DNA from: a virus
Virus record (IMG/VR): IMGVR_UViG_3300044797_000094
Coordinates: 1 to 64,000 of that record
Strand: one strand, 5' to 3'
Length of the DNA stretch: 64,000 nt
Shown here: positions 19,143 through 28,706 of the stretch, piece after piece
How the letters are laid out: the number at the start of each line of letters is the position of its first letter
Numbering within the stretch: the first letter of the stretch is position 1
Program-made: the position numbers and the translations under genes
The notes under the pieces: model-generated
Told to the model about the DNA's origin: nothing
The model's database searches: none
The model's input: only the letters and a program-made list of their open reading frames with translations

Positions 19143-19189
19143 AAATCGTCATCAATTTCCGTTGACAACAATCCGATATCTGATATCAT
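19143..19189 (+). promoter_or_regulatory. 16-bp operator plus sigma70 promoter
   Basis: AAATCGTCATCAATTT (19143-19158), TTGACA (19162-19167), TATCAT (19184-19189). Confidence 0.7.
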
Positions 19190-19232
19190 GTCATCAGCAT
19201 GGTCGGCACGGCCCACAAAAAGGAACAAGAAA

Positions 19233-19481
19233 ATGGCGACAATCACCAGCGCACCAGAAAACGAACTAGATCTAGCCATCACTCGCGTTGAAGCGGGTAG
19301 TTACACAATCGTCTCCGCTGGGGGCGGCGCCGCGATCTATCTAATGCGCGGCGGACGGCAGATAGAGTTCTCTCGCGTGATTGACACTGATTGTGGCGTG
19401 ACATTTATCGTGCCACAACACGTCAACGAATATTGGAGTGGGATCTCTGATATGTCAGTTGAGAGGTCTGGCGGAGATTGA
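19233..19481 (+). CDS. Hypothetical protein
   Basis: AGGA RBS, first gene after the promoter. Confidence 0.55.
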   Translation: MATITSAPENELDLAITRVEAGSYTIVSAGGGAAIYLMRGGRQIEFSRVIDTDCGVTFIVPQHVNEYWSGISDMSVERSGGD

Positions 19482-19542
19482 CTTTTTAGCTATTTTTTTA
19501 CTTTCCCCCCTCGGCCAACACTGAGCACGAGTCGGCCGAGGA

Positions 19543-19941
19543 ATGGTACGATACTTTCCGTGCCCTCTTTGCCATACCGAGTGGCGCGTCGCCGACATGG
19601 TGCGGCGAGCTGACGCTGCGTATCAGGAAGATATGCGACGCGCTGGACATGACGCACTCCTGGAGTGCGATGGAGCGACGTTTGAGGGCCTCGCGGACGC
19701 GGAAGCTACTCGCATCGAGGGCATCATCCGTCGCGGCGAGCGGCCAAACTGCACATGCGTGATCGTGTGCGGTCAGCGCCATTACGGCGATGCTGACGAG
19801 CGTATGACGGTCCGACGCCGCGCTATCACAGTACTGCGCAGACTCGCAAGCGATGGACATTCATCGCTCGACAAGTGTTCCGATGAGCAATTACTCGCTG
19901 AGATCACGCGACGCGGATTAATGCCGATGGCTGATGTGTAA
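19543..19941 (+). CDS. Hypothetical protein (CPLC motif)
   Basis: ORF preceded by a GC hairpin. Confidence 0.5.
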   Translation: MVRYFPCPLCHTEWRVADMVRRADAAYQEDMRRAGHDALLECDGATFEGLADAEATRIEGIIRRGERPNCTCVIVCGQRHYGDADERMTVRRRAITVLRRLASDGHSSLDKCSDEQLLAEITRRGLMPMADV

Positions 19942-20078
19942 CAGTGAATACCACCCAACTCGAAAACGGAGAGAGAGAATGAGCGATGCGACACCTACGT
20001 GTCGCCGGACGGGGGGTTAACTTTCATGGGCCGAGAGCCCGATGGCGAAAAACGCGAAGGTTCGCGAGGGGAATTTAT

Positions 20079-20546
20079 ATGAAAATTTATTGTGTAAAAT
20101 GTAACGGCGTGAATAATAACGGATCACTCCACTGCGATGAGGCGACGTCCACCGATGGATGGCATCCATCGTTGCCGCAGGCAATCCGGGATCTTGTAGA
20201 GACCGCAGAGCTGTGCGGCAGTGATTCGGATCAACTACTCTCTCTCGTCTGCCGCGATGTGTCGCTCGGCGTGCTTGACGACGTGGAGGGGCAGGATTTT
20301 GCGGCACTGCTGCGGATTCAGGACGAGATTCTCAAAATCGTTCTCTCATCGGCAACTGTCCCAGATGAATCCGACGACGAACTGTGGTCGGGAACCGGAA
20401 AAGAGGCTGCAAAAATGGAAGTCCTGCATACCGCCTCAGGATATATGCCTGCCTCTGACCCGTCCTCGGACGGGTCCACCGAATATCTCGATAGCGACGA
20501 TGCTTGGGTCGCTGAATTTGAGGCGAATGGCGGCTGTGACAATTAA
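20079..20546 (+). CDS. Acidic hypothetical protein
   Basis: GAGGGG RBS before ATG 20079. Confidence 0.5.
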   Translation: MKIYCVKCNGVNNNGSLHCDEATSTDGWHPSLPQAIRDLVETAELCGSDSDQLLSLVCRDVSLGVLDDVEGQDFAALLRIQDEILKIVLSSATVPDESDDELWSGTGKEAAKMEVLHTASGYMPASDPSSDGSTEYLDSDDAWVAEFEANGGCDN

Positions 20547-20660
20547 TTGCGGCGATCCGGAGAGAGGTTTCGCCGGGGCTTACGCCTGAATTTCGTCTGT
20601 CTGACACGCGGCTGCTTGTGCCCGAAACCAGTGACAGAAATCTAAAACGCGAGCACCGCG

Positions 20661-21122
20661 ATGATTAATCTCGCCAATGCCGTCCGAGATCAGGACTATT
20701 GTTTGATCTCTGAATTTATGCAGGCAGAGTTTAAAGTGTCGCTAAATGCGGACGACATACGCCTAATTCTTGACATCCATTATCCCATCAACACGGAACC
20801 GGACGATTACCGGTTCCGGGATTGGACAAACGGAACGTGGGCCATATTCTTTCGGAATCGATTGAATCAACATGGGCTTCTCATCCTCGAAGCGAACAAA
20901 AAGCCGCGTGATATCCGCGTGGCTTGCGAACTCAGCATCGGCTTCGTGGAGATTGTTGAGACGGAAGAAATGAAACAAAGGCTGCGAAACGAGGCGATCA
21001 TTGAGGACCAAGCAACCCCTCGAACAAAATTGACCGCCAGCAATCCACAGATCGTGAATCCGGTTGATCGGATTGCGCGTCGTGTCACAAAGGCAAGATG
21101 CGAGACTCATGATGACAAATAA
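20661..21122 (+). CDS. Hypothetical protein
   Basis: ORF in operon context. Confidence 0.5.
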   Translation: MINLANAVRDQDYCLISEFMQAEFKVSLNADDIRLILDIHYPINTEPDDYRFRDWTNGTWAIFFRNRLNQHGLLILEANKKPRDIRVACELSIGFVEIVETEEMKQRLRNEAIIEDQATPRTKLTASNPQIVNPVDRIARRVTKARCETHDDK

Positions 21123-21303
21123 AACGCGAGACAGGACTCCAATTCTTCTGCGAATTCCTCCAGAGATCTATGTGCCATTGCGGGAACAGGCTGATCAGAA
21201 TAATGTCAGCATTCAGCAAGAGGCGTTGCAAATCATCGGCGAGAGATTCGGCATTAATGAAATCCCGAAGCGGAAGCCGGGTCGACAGTCGCAGACGGCC
21301 TAA
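21109..21303 (+). CDS. Arc/ribbon-helix-helix DNA-binding protein
   Basis: ILLRIPPEIY..LREQA...NVSIQQEALQII pattern with a basic KRKPGR tail. Confidence 0.7.
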   Translation: MMTNKTRDRTPILLRIPPEIYVPLREQADQNNVSIQQEALQIIGERFGINEIPKRKPGRQSQTA

Positions 21304-21321
21304 ACCAGAAACGGAGCAAAC

Positions 21322-21588
21322 ATGGCCAAAATCGGAGACATGCCGGGCGACGTCTATTTTGGAAGTCCAGATAAACCGCTCCCGAATTGGCGAGAACATA
21401 TCGACGCCAACGAACCCGACGACATTGACGAGTTCACTCCGTTGAGCCCCGAAGCCCGAGAGAGACTCGCGGCAAAGCTCGGTATTAGTCCCGATGACGA
21501 AATCTTTGACGAGCCTGATCCCGGAGAACCGACGTCGCTCTACAGCGGAGACGGCGAGATTCATGAGCAGGGTGACATCCATTCGTGA
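21322..21588 (+). CDS. Small, very acidic protein
   Basis: GGAG RBS; D/E-rich. Confidence 0.6.
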   Translation: MAKIGDMPGDVYFGSPDKPLPNWREHIDANEPDDIDEFTPLSPEARERLAAKLGISPDDEIFDEPDPGEPTSLYSGDGEIHEQGDIHS

Positions 21589-21622
21589 AATTGTTGACGA
21601 ATTGCTTGACACAGGGTAGGAT
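21588..21622 (+). promoter_or_regulatory. 16-bp operator overlapping the -35 box of the RHH gene promoter
   Basis: AAATTGTTGACGAATT (21588-21603); TTGACG-17 nt-TAGGAT. Confidence 0.65.
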
Positions 21623-21656
21623 GCCATCTGGCAGTTAAAATCATCGGAATCCATCA

Positions 21657-21890
21657 ATGAGCGAAGACGCGAAAAACAAAATCATCCATGTCGGCGTCAA
21701 AATGCCGATCAACATCTACGAAGCGGTGATGGCGAAGGCCAAATCGTGCGGCGTCAGTTGTCAGGCGATAATTCTTCGTGTGCTCTCTCGATCGACGAAA
21801 ACGAAATATGAGCCGCCGGTTGTCGGCAGGCCGAAGAAAGTCCCGGAACGAGGTTCAAGCCATGCGAACGAAACAAGCGGCGGAGACTGA
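21657..21890 (+). CDS. Arc/ribbon-helix-helix DNA-binding protein
   Basis: VGVKMPINIYEAVMAKA...GVSCQAIILRVL with a GRPKK tail. Confidence 0.7.
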   Translation: MSEDAKNKIIHVGVKMPINIYEAVMAKAKSCGVSCQAIILRVLSRSTKTKYEPPVVGRPKKVPERGSSHANETSGGD

Positions 21891-22359
21891 TTGCCAGATT
21901 CGTTGGATGATTCTTCGAGACATGCCAAATATTCTGGCGATTGAAAAACGTGCGTTCGACTTTCCGTGGGATGAAGCCGACTTCAAAACAGCCCTCAAGC
22001 GGCGGTCATGTATCGGGATGGTCGCGGAGGAACACGAAGCGATCGTCGGTTATTTCGTTTACGATTTGTGTGATGGATTTATTCACGTGCTCAATCTGGC
22101 TGTCGATCCGACTCATGCTCGGCGTGGAATCGGAACAAAACTCATCACTCGGTTGATTGAAAAGATCTCGCAGCAACGGCGAACGCGGATTTGCATGGAA
22201 GTTCGAGAGAGCAATCTTGGCGCTCAGTTGTTCTTGAAAAATCAAGGATTCGTCGCTCAATGCATCGTGAAGAATCATTATTGCGACACAGGCGAAGAAT
22301 CCTACAGATTTGAGTACGAGCTGCCAGAATGCGGGATTCCGACGTTTGTTAAACGGTAA
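21862..22359 (+). CDS. rimI: RimI-like GNAT N-acetyltransferase
   Basis: IRWM..RDM...IEK..F.FPW; VLNLAV.P...RRGIG; EVRESNLGAQLF. Confidence 0.85.
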   Translation: MRTKQAAETDCQIRWMILRDMPNILAIEKRAFDFPWDEADFKTALKRRSCIGMVAEEHEAIVGYFVYDLCDGFIHVLNLAVDPTHARRGIGTKLITRLIEKISQQRRTRICMEVRESNLGAQLFLKNQGFVAQCIVKNHYCDTGEESYRFEYELPECGIPTFVKR

Positions 22360-22413
22360 TTATTTGGTCCGAGATCGAGCGAAGCGGCGTGACTTGTGGG
22401 ACGTCCCTGCATA

Positions 22414-23319
22414 ATGGCTGAGTTGCCAAATAGATCCGATCTCGAAGCCCGATTCGCGAAACGGTTCGGCAGAATCGCTAGACGGCACATGCGTGAATTC
22501 CGCCAGCTTCTCGGCGACCCCCCGAACATTGACAACGTTCCTGAAGCCTTCTACGAAAAGATGCAGCGTGAAGTGGACGCGGAAACCTACGCGATTCTGC
22601 TGCTGATCTTCGACGATTCGGCGTTGCTTCACGGATGGAGCGGTCCTGATCAAGCAATGGCGTCATACGGCTGGGCGAAACAGAGAGCCGATGCGTTCTC
22701 TCAATCGTGGGCCGAGTCGACGCGAACGAAGTTGGAAAAAGGCTTTGAGAGACTGGAGGGACCAATTGCTCAACGCGAAGAAACCACAGAAGAGGCTAGA
22801 GAGTCGAATCGCACGATCCCCGCCGAACGAAAACCAGTCACTCAAAAAGAGGTCGATGAACTAATCGATTCGACATGGTCCCCGAAAACGATCGAAAGAT
22901 GGGCGGTCGACGAGACGACGACGGCGCAACACGCCGGCGGTGAAGCTGGCATTGAAGCGACGGTCGGCCTGAACGAAAACGACATTTGGCGTTGCGATTG
23001 GCGGCATGACAACGTGTGCGAGGAATGCTCGCCGCTTGACGAAAAGCCACGTTCTGTTTGGTCGGCAAAGTTCCCAGACGGTCCGCCGTCTCCACATTTT
23101 TTTTGCCGATGCTGGATTCAATATGCCCCAATTGGTGCGAATAAAAGCGCGGCGAGGAAAAGTCTTGAATCAAAAGCATTCGTCGATGCCTGGCACCGCA
23201 CAATCCCCGAAGCCGCCGAATGGCGTGCATATTGCCGAGAGAACGGCGTTGATGTCGAGAATCAAGCGAAATTCAAAGCATTCAATGTCAGCGAACCTCG
23301 GGCTTCAGATGGCGAATAG
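22414..23319 (+). CDS. MuF-like minor head (head morphogenesis) protein
   Basis: W...D.VCEEC..LD...PP.PHFFCRC motif; located between portal and protease. Confidence 0.75.
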   Translation: MAELPNRSDLEARFAKRFGRIARRHMREFRQLLGDPPNIDNVPEAFYEKMQREVDAETYAILLLIFDDSALLHGWSGPDQAMASYGWAKQRADAFSQSWAESTRTKLEKGFERLEGPIAQREETTEEARESNRTIPAERKPVTQKEVDELIDSTWSPKTIERWAVDETTTAQHAGGEAGIEATVGLNENDIWRCDWRHDNVCEECSPLDEKPRSVWSAKFPDGPPSPHFFCRCWIQYAPIGANKSAARKSLESKAFVDAWHRTIPEAAEWRAYCRENGVDVENQAKFKAFNVSEPRASDGE

Positions 23320-23323
23320 ATCG

Positions 23324-23369
23324 AAATTGTTGACGATTTATTGACATTGAGCCTTCAATCTGCTAAGAT
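23324..23369 (+). promoter_or_regulatory. 16-bp operator plus sigma70 promoter heading the sugar/type IV operon
   Basis: AAATTGTTGACGATTT (23324-23339), TTGACA-17 nt-TAAGAT. Confidence 0.75.
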
Positions 23370-23414
23370 GAGGTCCGTCAATCACGAAGCCATTAACAAA
23401 ATAAGGAAGCGACG

Positions 23415-23831
23415 ATGTCTAAAGAATTTGGGATCGCAAGAAACACTGCGTCTGCTCAAGCGTGGCTTGATCAATGCGATGCGGTGTCGATCGTCGAAGA
23501 ACTGAACGATGAGTGGTTGGAATTTGCCTTCGATCCGTCAATCGAAGTATTCGCGGTTCCCGATCATCTCGTATGGTTTGATCAAGGGGCGGCTCCCGCC
23601 GAAGCGACTGAGATATTGAATGCTCGTCACAATACGAGCGATGACGAGGAATGGTTGAAAAGGCTTTTGTGTCGCATCGCGAGCGGTGACCAGGATATGG
23701 TCGCTGCGGAATTCCAAAAGATACCTTGTCTTGATAATGGATGGGACTGGGGAGACGTCTTGAATAAATTGCAAACTGGGGAAATCACCAGGGAAGATAT
23801 TGAGTATGCAATTCATGCGCCGCTTTGCTGA
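23415..23831 (+). CDS. Hypothetical acidic protein
   Basis: TAAGGAAG RBS. Confidence 0.6.
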   Translation: MSKEFGIARNTASAQAWLDQCDAVSIVEELNDEWLEFAFDPSIEVFAVPDHLVWFDQGAAPAEATEILNARHNTSDDEEWLKRLLCRIASGDQDMVAAEFQKIPCLDNGWDWGDVLNKLQTGEITREDIEYAIHAPLC

Positions 23832-23840
23832 TCGGAGAAG

Positions 23841-24029
23841 GTGATGCTTCTTGGCCGCTTTTACAGATTTCAATGCGATACCTGCGGCAAAACCGTCGAA
23901 TGCACGATCCTTCCAAAGAATTGGGTATGGATTAAAGGCGGACCGGAAGGCTTCAAGAAACACGCCTGCGAAGTCTGCAAATCTACAATTCCGAAAGAGA
24001 TTCGTCGTCCGTCAGGAATTCCGAACTGA
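23841..24029 (+). CDS. Small Zn-binding protein
   Basis: CDTC...CEVC. Confidence 0.55.
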   Translation: MMLLGRFYRFQCDTCGKTVECTILPKNWVWIKGGPEGFKKHACEVCKSTIPKEIRRPSGIPN

Positions 24030-24032
24030 AAG

Positions 24033-24980
24033 ATGCGGCCAATGAAAATCCTCGTCACCGGCGGAGCTGGCTACCTCGGGTCCGTGCTCGTAACGGATCT
24101 GCTGTATTCCGGATACGACGTCACAGTCCTGGATTTGTTCAAAGGCGATTCAAGCCGATCTTTGGTTGAATTGTGCGGATCGAAGGAAGTGCGGTTCACG
24201 CCGATCAAGGGGGATGTCCGCAACTTGACTGACCTCAGCGTCGCAATGGCTCGATGCGACATCCTAATTCCATTGGCGGCTATTGTTGGCGCTCCAGCAT
24301 GCGAGGATGATTGGGGCGCGACCAGCACAAACCTCAGCGCCATCGAACAAATGATTGGATTGCGATCGCAGAGCCAGGCAATCCTTTTTCCATGCACAAA
24401 CAGCGGCTACGGAATCAGCAGGCATCATGAAATCTGCGACGAAGAATCGCCACTGGCACCGATCAGTAAATATGGCAGATTGAAGGTAGCGGCCGAGAGG
24501 ATCGTCTTGAATGACGGAAACAGCGTGACATTCCGCTTCGCCACCCTGTTCGGTTGTTCCCCTCGAATGCGACTGGATTTGCTCGTCAATGACTTCGTTT
24601 ATCGGGCCGTGAAAGACCGGTCGATCATCGTGTTTGAGGGACACGCCAAGCGAAACTACTTGCACGTGCGAGATGCCTCAAGAGCCTTTCTCCACGCAAT
24701 CGAAAACTTCGAAGCGATGGAAGGCCGCCCGTACAATGTGGGCCTGTCAGACGCGAACCTGTCCAAGCTGGAGTTGTGCGAGCGAATCAAGCGACATGTG
24801 CCGGAACTGTTTTACAGCGAATCGCCGATTGGAGAAGATCCAGACAAGCGGGACTACGTCGTGTCGAACAAGCGAATTGAAGCGACTGGCTTCAAACCGA
24901 AGTATTCGCTGGACGATGGGATCAGGGAATTGATCAAGGCGTATTTGATGCTGGATGCCGCGAGATACAGGAACGCTTGA
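24033..24980 (+). CDS. NAD-dependent NDP-sugar epimerase/dehydratase (extended SDR)
   Basis: GGAGYLGS, YGRLK catalytic motif, RMRLDLLVN. Confidence 0.92.
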   Translation: MRPMKILVTGGAGYLGSVLVTDLLYSGYDVTVLDLFKGDSSRSLVELCGSKEVRFTPIKGDVRNLTDLSVAMARCDILIPLAAIVGAPACEDDWGATSTNLSAIEQMIGLRSQSQAILFPCTNSGYGISRHHEICDEESPLAPISKYGRLKVAAERIVLNDGNSVTFRFATLFGCSPRMRLDLLVNDFVYRAVKDRSIIVFEGHAKRNYLHVRDASRAFLHAIENFEAMEGRPYNVGLSDANLSKLELCERIKRHVPELFYSESPIGEDPDKRDYVVSNKRIEATGFKPKYSLDDGIRELIKAYLMLDAARYRNA

Positions 24981-25156
24981 TGGAACGCTTCAATGAGCGA
25001 GCGATCTGGGTTGCAGCGTGCGGCATTCTCATCGTCTGCAATCTCTTGCTTCGTGCCGATCTCGGAAACACTCAACATGATTTACGGATGGCGATTGAGC
25101 GTGAGCGAACATTGAATCGAATGTTGGACGTCATGATAGACAAGGACAATCGGTGA
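24980..25156 (+). CDS. 58-aa membrane protein (below the ORF-track cutoff)
   Basis: MERFNERAIWVAACGILIVCNLLL...; overlaps both neighbours. Confidence 0.55.
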   Translation: MERFNERAIWVAACGILIVCNLLLRADLGNTQHDLRMAIERERTLNRMLDVMIDKDNR

Positions 25157-26373
25157 GCCTTACAAACTGCCGCATATGCGATTCCACAAAACTGGATTTA
25201 ATCCTCGATCTCGGCATGCAACCCTGGGCAAATCACTTTCTCAAGAAAGAGGAGTGTGGCACAGAACCGAAATATCCGCTTCGATTGGTTCGTTGCGACG
25301 AATGTTCGCTCGCTCAATTGGATTTCACCGTGCCGAAAGAAACGATGTTCGTCGATCACACGTATCTGAGCGGCACGACGAAATCTCTCGGCACCCATTT
25401 CAAGAAAGTTGCGGATGATGTGGTTGATCGATTCTTCGGACCGTACCCGCGAAATCGATCTGTTCTTGACATTGGATCGAACGACGGGACACAGCTCAGG
25501 AATTACAAGGAGAAGGGATGGCGAGTCCTGGGATGCGAACCGTGCAATAGCGCGGCGAAGATGGCGAACGATTCAGGAATTCCCACATTGATCAATTTTT
25601 TCAGGGCCGGTTTTTCGGAGGCATGTGGGACATTTGACGTCATCAATGCTTCTGGCGTCCTGTTCCATTTGGAGGATCTTCATTCTGTCATGGAGGAAAT
25701 TCGCCGAGCATTGAAGCCGCAGGGGATCTTCGTCGCCCAATTCCTCTACATGCCCAGCATCGTCGAAAACTGCGCCTTCGATCAAATCTATCACGAACAC
25801 TTGCTTTACTACACGATGAAGACGTTTTGCGACCTGATTGAACGACACGGACTACACTGCTTCGATGCTTATTTTTCGCCGATCCACGGAGGGTCAATCG
25901 TCGCGTTCTGTGAGCACAAAAGCATCGACAATCTGACATCGTATCGGCTCGATCAATTGCGGGGCGGAGAAGAAGAAATTGGAGCGAACATGAAAGAGAC
26001 GTACGAAGGGTTCGCCAGGTCAGTGTTTGCGAAGCGACTTGAACAGAGGAAGCAATTAAACGGCTGGCGGATGCTGGACAAAAAGGTGTTCGGATTAGGC
26101 GCTCCGGTTAAAGGCAACACATTGCTGAATTACTGCCGAGTCGGGCCTGAATTGATCGAGTGTCTCGTCGAACGCAATTCGCTCCGTCGCGGACTCTGTG
26201 CCCCCGGCTCGCATATTCCTGTCGTGATGGAGGACGAACTGACGGAAGATCCAGACGTCTATTATGTTCTGGCGTGGAATTACAAGGGTGAGATTCTGGA
26301 ACGGTACGAGGATAAGATCGAAGCGGGCGTCGAGTTTTACTTTCCGATCAATCCGAAAGGTGTCGCATCGTGA
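25153..26373 (+). CDS. NDP-sugar C3-methyltransferase (Zn-binding N-domain + class I SAM MTase + C-MT C-domain)
   Basis: CRIC..LDLGMQP.AN, C..C.LAQL, DIGSNDG, FDQIYHEH, GAPVKGNTLLNY, LAWNY. Confidence 0.92.
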   Translation: MSLTNCRICDSTKLDLILDLGMQPWANHFLKKEECGTEPKYPLRLVRCDECSLAQLDFTVPKETMFVDHTYLSGTTKSLGTHFKKVADDVVDRFFGPYPRNRSVLDIGSNDGTQLRNYKEKGWRVLGCEPCNSAAKMANDSGIPTLINFFRAGFSEACGTFDVINASGVLFHLEDLHSVMEEIRRALKPQGIFVAQFLYMPSIVENCAFDQIYHEHLLYYTMKTFCDLIERHGLHCFDAYFSPIHGGSIVAFCEHKSIDNLTSYRLDQLRGGEEEIGANMKETYEGFARSVFAKRLEQRKQLNGWRMLDKKVFGLGAPVKGNTLLNYCRVGPELIECLVERNSLRRGLCAPGSHIPVVMEDELTEDPDVYYVLAWNYKGEILERYEDKIEAGVEFYFPINPKGVAS

Positions 26374-26651
26374 GAACAGCATTCAAGAGACCGTGGCCGA
26401 GCGATGCGGTCATCATCGTTTGCGCGTCGCCGGAAGACGCGAATCGAAGCAACATGTCGTCGATCCAGTCCGGAAAGTGTCGAGACTGCGGCGATGACAT
26501 CCTGGTCGATGGAAAATCGATCGACTCGGGGATGCGGATGAATGAGCGATGTGGAAGACCGGTCGAATTCCTGTGTGTGGATTGCGCCGTTGAATACGAC
26601 ATGCATACGATCGAGAAACTGGTTGACCATCGAAAGAAATCCGGAACATGA
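26370..26651 (+). CDS. Small Zn-binding protein
   Basis: CRDC...CVDC; coupled overlaps. Confidence 0.55.
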   Translation: MRTAFKRPWPSDAVIIVCASPEDANRSNMSSIQSGKCRDCGDDILVDGKSIDSGMRMNERCGRPVEFLCVDCAVEYDMHTIEKLVDHRKKSGT

Positions 26652-27577
26652 ACATCTTCGTCACCGGCGCAACGGGCTTCCTTGGTCGTCATCTTTGCAG
26701 GCGATTAAGCAAGGACGGTCATCGAGTCGCCGAAATCGACTCTCATCAATGCGACCTCACAAAACCGATCGAGCAACAAATCAGACTTGGCTTCGACGTC
26801 GATGTGATCTTCCATCTGGCCGCGTGGACGCAGGCCGGGGACTTTTGCTTGCATCATCCCGGAGAACAATGGCTGATCAACCAAAAGATCAACACGAACG
26901 TCCTGGACTGGTGGCGTCAGGAAAATCCAGAGGCGAAACTGATCTCGATCGGCAGCAGTTGCGCCTACGATCCAGATGGCGACATGCGTGAGGAAAACTA
27001 TCTTCGAGGAACGCCGCACCACGACCTTTTCGCCTACGCGACGGCCAAACGAATGCTCCATGTAGGGCAACTCGCGATGGAGATCCAATACGGGATGAAA
27101 TCCCTGACGCTCGCCCCGGCGACGCTCTACGGCGTCGCTTATCACACGGACGAACGTCAGCCGCATTTTATCTTCGATATCGTCCGAAAGATTCTTAGAG
27201 GAAAACAGAATGCGGAACCTGTCATCCTCTGGGGCTCGGGCTTCCAAAAGCGGGACGCGATTCATGTGGGCGACTTCGTGGAAATCGCCGTCCAATGTCT
27301 TGGGACCTCGCCGTGCGGAATTTTGAACATCGGCCCAGGTTCCGCTTTGACGATCCGCGAATACGCTCGCGTCGTCTGCGATCTTATTGGCTTTGAATCT
27401 GAAATGATTCAGTACGATCACGACGCTTATTCAGGCCAAAAATCAAAAATTCTGGACGTCGGTCGGCTTCGAAGAACGTTCCCTGGATTTCTTAATACGC
27501 CGCTGAACATTGGACTTCAGCAGGTGATTGATTGGTACAAGGCTAATCCGCAACTCCTCGCGCCGAAAGGTGAGTGA
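26648..27577 (+). CDS. GDP-L-fucose synthase-like epimerase/reductase
   Basis: GATGFLG, HLAA, GSSCAY, YATAK, WGSG.QKRD. Confidence 0.88.
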   Translation: MNIFVTGATGFLGRHLCRRLSKDGHRVAEIDSHQCDLTKPIEQQIRLGFDVDVIFHLAAWTQAGDFCLHHPGEQWLINQKINTNVLDWWRQENPEAKLISIGSSCAYDPDGDMREENYLRGTPHHDLFAYATAKRMLHVGQLAMEIQYGMKSLTLAPATLYGVAYHTDERQPHFIFDIVRKILRGKQNAEPVILWGSGFQKRDAIHVGDFVEIAVQCLGTSPCGILNIGPGSALTIREYARVVCDLIGFESEMIQYDHDAYSGQKSKILDVGRLRRTFPGFLNTPLNIGLQQVIDWYKANPQLLAPKGE

Positions 27578-28227
27578 TGTCAATCATTGGAGCGTCAAGC
27601 CTACTCGCGGTAAACGTCGGCGATGATCACTGCTTCTATTGCGGCGACAAGGCTAATCGATCATTGAAAGTCTCCGACACATTTGCCGATGGCTGGTGCG
27701 TCGCGTATCCGCAGTCGAAAATGATGTGCTGCGGCTGTGAGATGAGCCTTGACGAAAAGATCGCGATTGCAGGCAAGGAAAAGCCACAAAAGTTCCGCAA
27801 TTATTCGTGGCATATAAGCCGATCAAAGGCAACCCCCATGACTAAGGCCAACAAGCGGGAGATGACGGGGCTGTTACTTGAGCCGCCGAGTGAGCCTTGG
27901 GCGTTCGCGATTGCCGAGAGCGGCCAGAAGCATCTCGTTTATCGAACACCAGCGAATCTCGGTGACGGGCCGTTCGTCGTTCGTCTTGAAGATGAACTCG
28001 TTGTGTACTCGCCTCGATCGCTGCGTGACAGAATTGATTTGTGCAGAGCTGTCGTGGCTGTCGTCGGCCATAAGGGCGCCAACGATTTCTCGGTGACGTC
28101 CGTGATCGCTCTCGGTTTAGAATTGGCGCTGCAATGGGAAGCGGTCTATCGAGAGCCATTAACACGCCTGGCGTTATTCGTAACGCCTGGGAAATCCGAG
28201 TGTGAAGAAATTGAGGATGACTTATGA
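27574..28227 (+). CDS. csf1: Type IV CRISPR large subunit Csf1 (Cas8-like)
   Basis: N-terminal CFYC...C..C Zn site, RNYSW, 'LLEPP.EPWAFAIAESGQKHL.YRTP.N'. Confidence 0.85.
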   Translation: MMSIIGASSLLAVNVGDDHCFYCGDKANRSLKVSDTFADGWCVAYPQSKMMCCGCEMSLDEKIAIAGKEKPQKFRNYSWHISRSKATPMTKANKREMTGLLLEPPSEPWAFAIAESGQKHLVYRTPANLGDGPFVVRLEDELVVYSPRSLRDRIDLCRAVVAVVGHKGANDFSVTSVIALGLELALQWEAVYREPLTRLALFVTPGKSECEEIEDDL

Positions 28228-28706
28228 TCAAGATTCTGGACTGTGCGGAGTATCGACGGCAGCTTGCTGGCCTGGCTGACGTCTCGGGGGGCGAAGATTC
28301 ATTCGCCGACGAATACCGGGAGATGACGAGCGAATGCGTGTTGCTACTGGCGATCTGTTTCAATCGACGACAGCTTGAGGCGGTCACGATCTGGAGTCGT
28401 ATCGACGCGGCGATACAGAAGGGCCTCGCTGATTGCGACGGCGAGGACGTCGATCGATTCCTGTCAACGTGTCTGGAGCACGTCCTCGCGAATATCAGCG
28501 TCGTCGCATCACAACCGGACGCGATCAGAATTCAGCAGTCGATCCTGAAGCTGAGCGGCGACGAACGAGTCTATTTCCTCCAGTACCTCGCGAAGCATAG
28601 ATACGTCGCCATCGTGCTCGGTCGAGAAAAGTGGGAGATGCGGAAGGCGGAAATCGCGGCGCAATTAAAGTCGCTCGACACGACGGAAACGGCGGTGTCC
28701 GAATGA
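28224..28706 (+). CDS. cas11: Type IV-B small subunit (Cas11-like), all-helical
   Basis: 160-aa helical protein between csf1 and csf2, ATGA-coupled on both sides. Confidence 0.65.
   Translation: MIKILDCAEYRRQLAGLADVSGGEDSFADEYREMTSECVLLLAICFNRRQLEAVTIWSRIDAAIQKGLADCDGEDVDRFLSTCLEHVLANISVVASQPDAIRIQQSILKLSGDERVYFLQYLAKHRYVAIVLGREKWEMRKAEIAAQLKSLDTTETAVSE

Noticed and set aside
23317-23319. Genome-wide TAG recoding or read-through
   Set aside because: Long genes are uninterrupted under the standard code, and the sequence after this TAG is an operator/promoter rather than the expected TxGG continuation.
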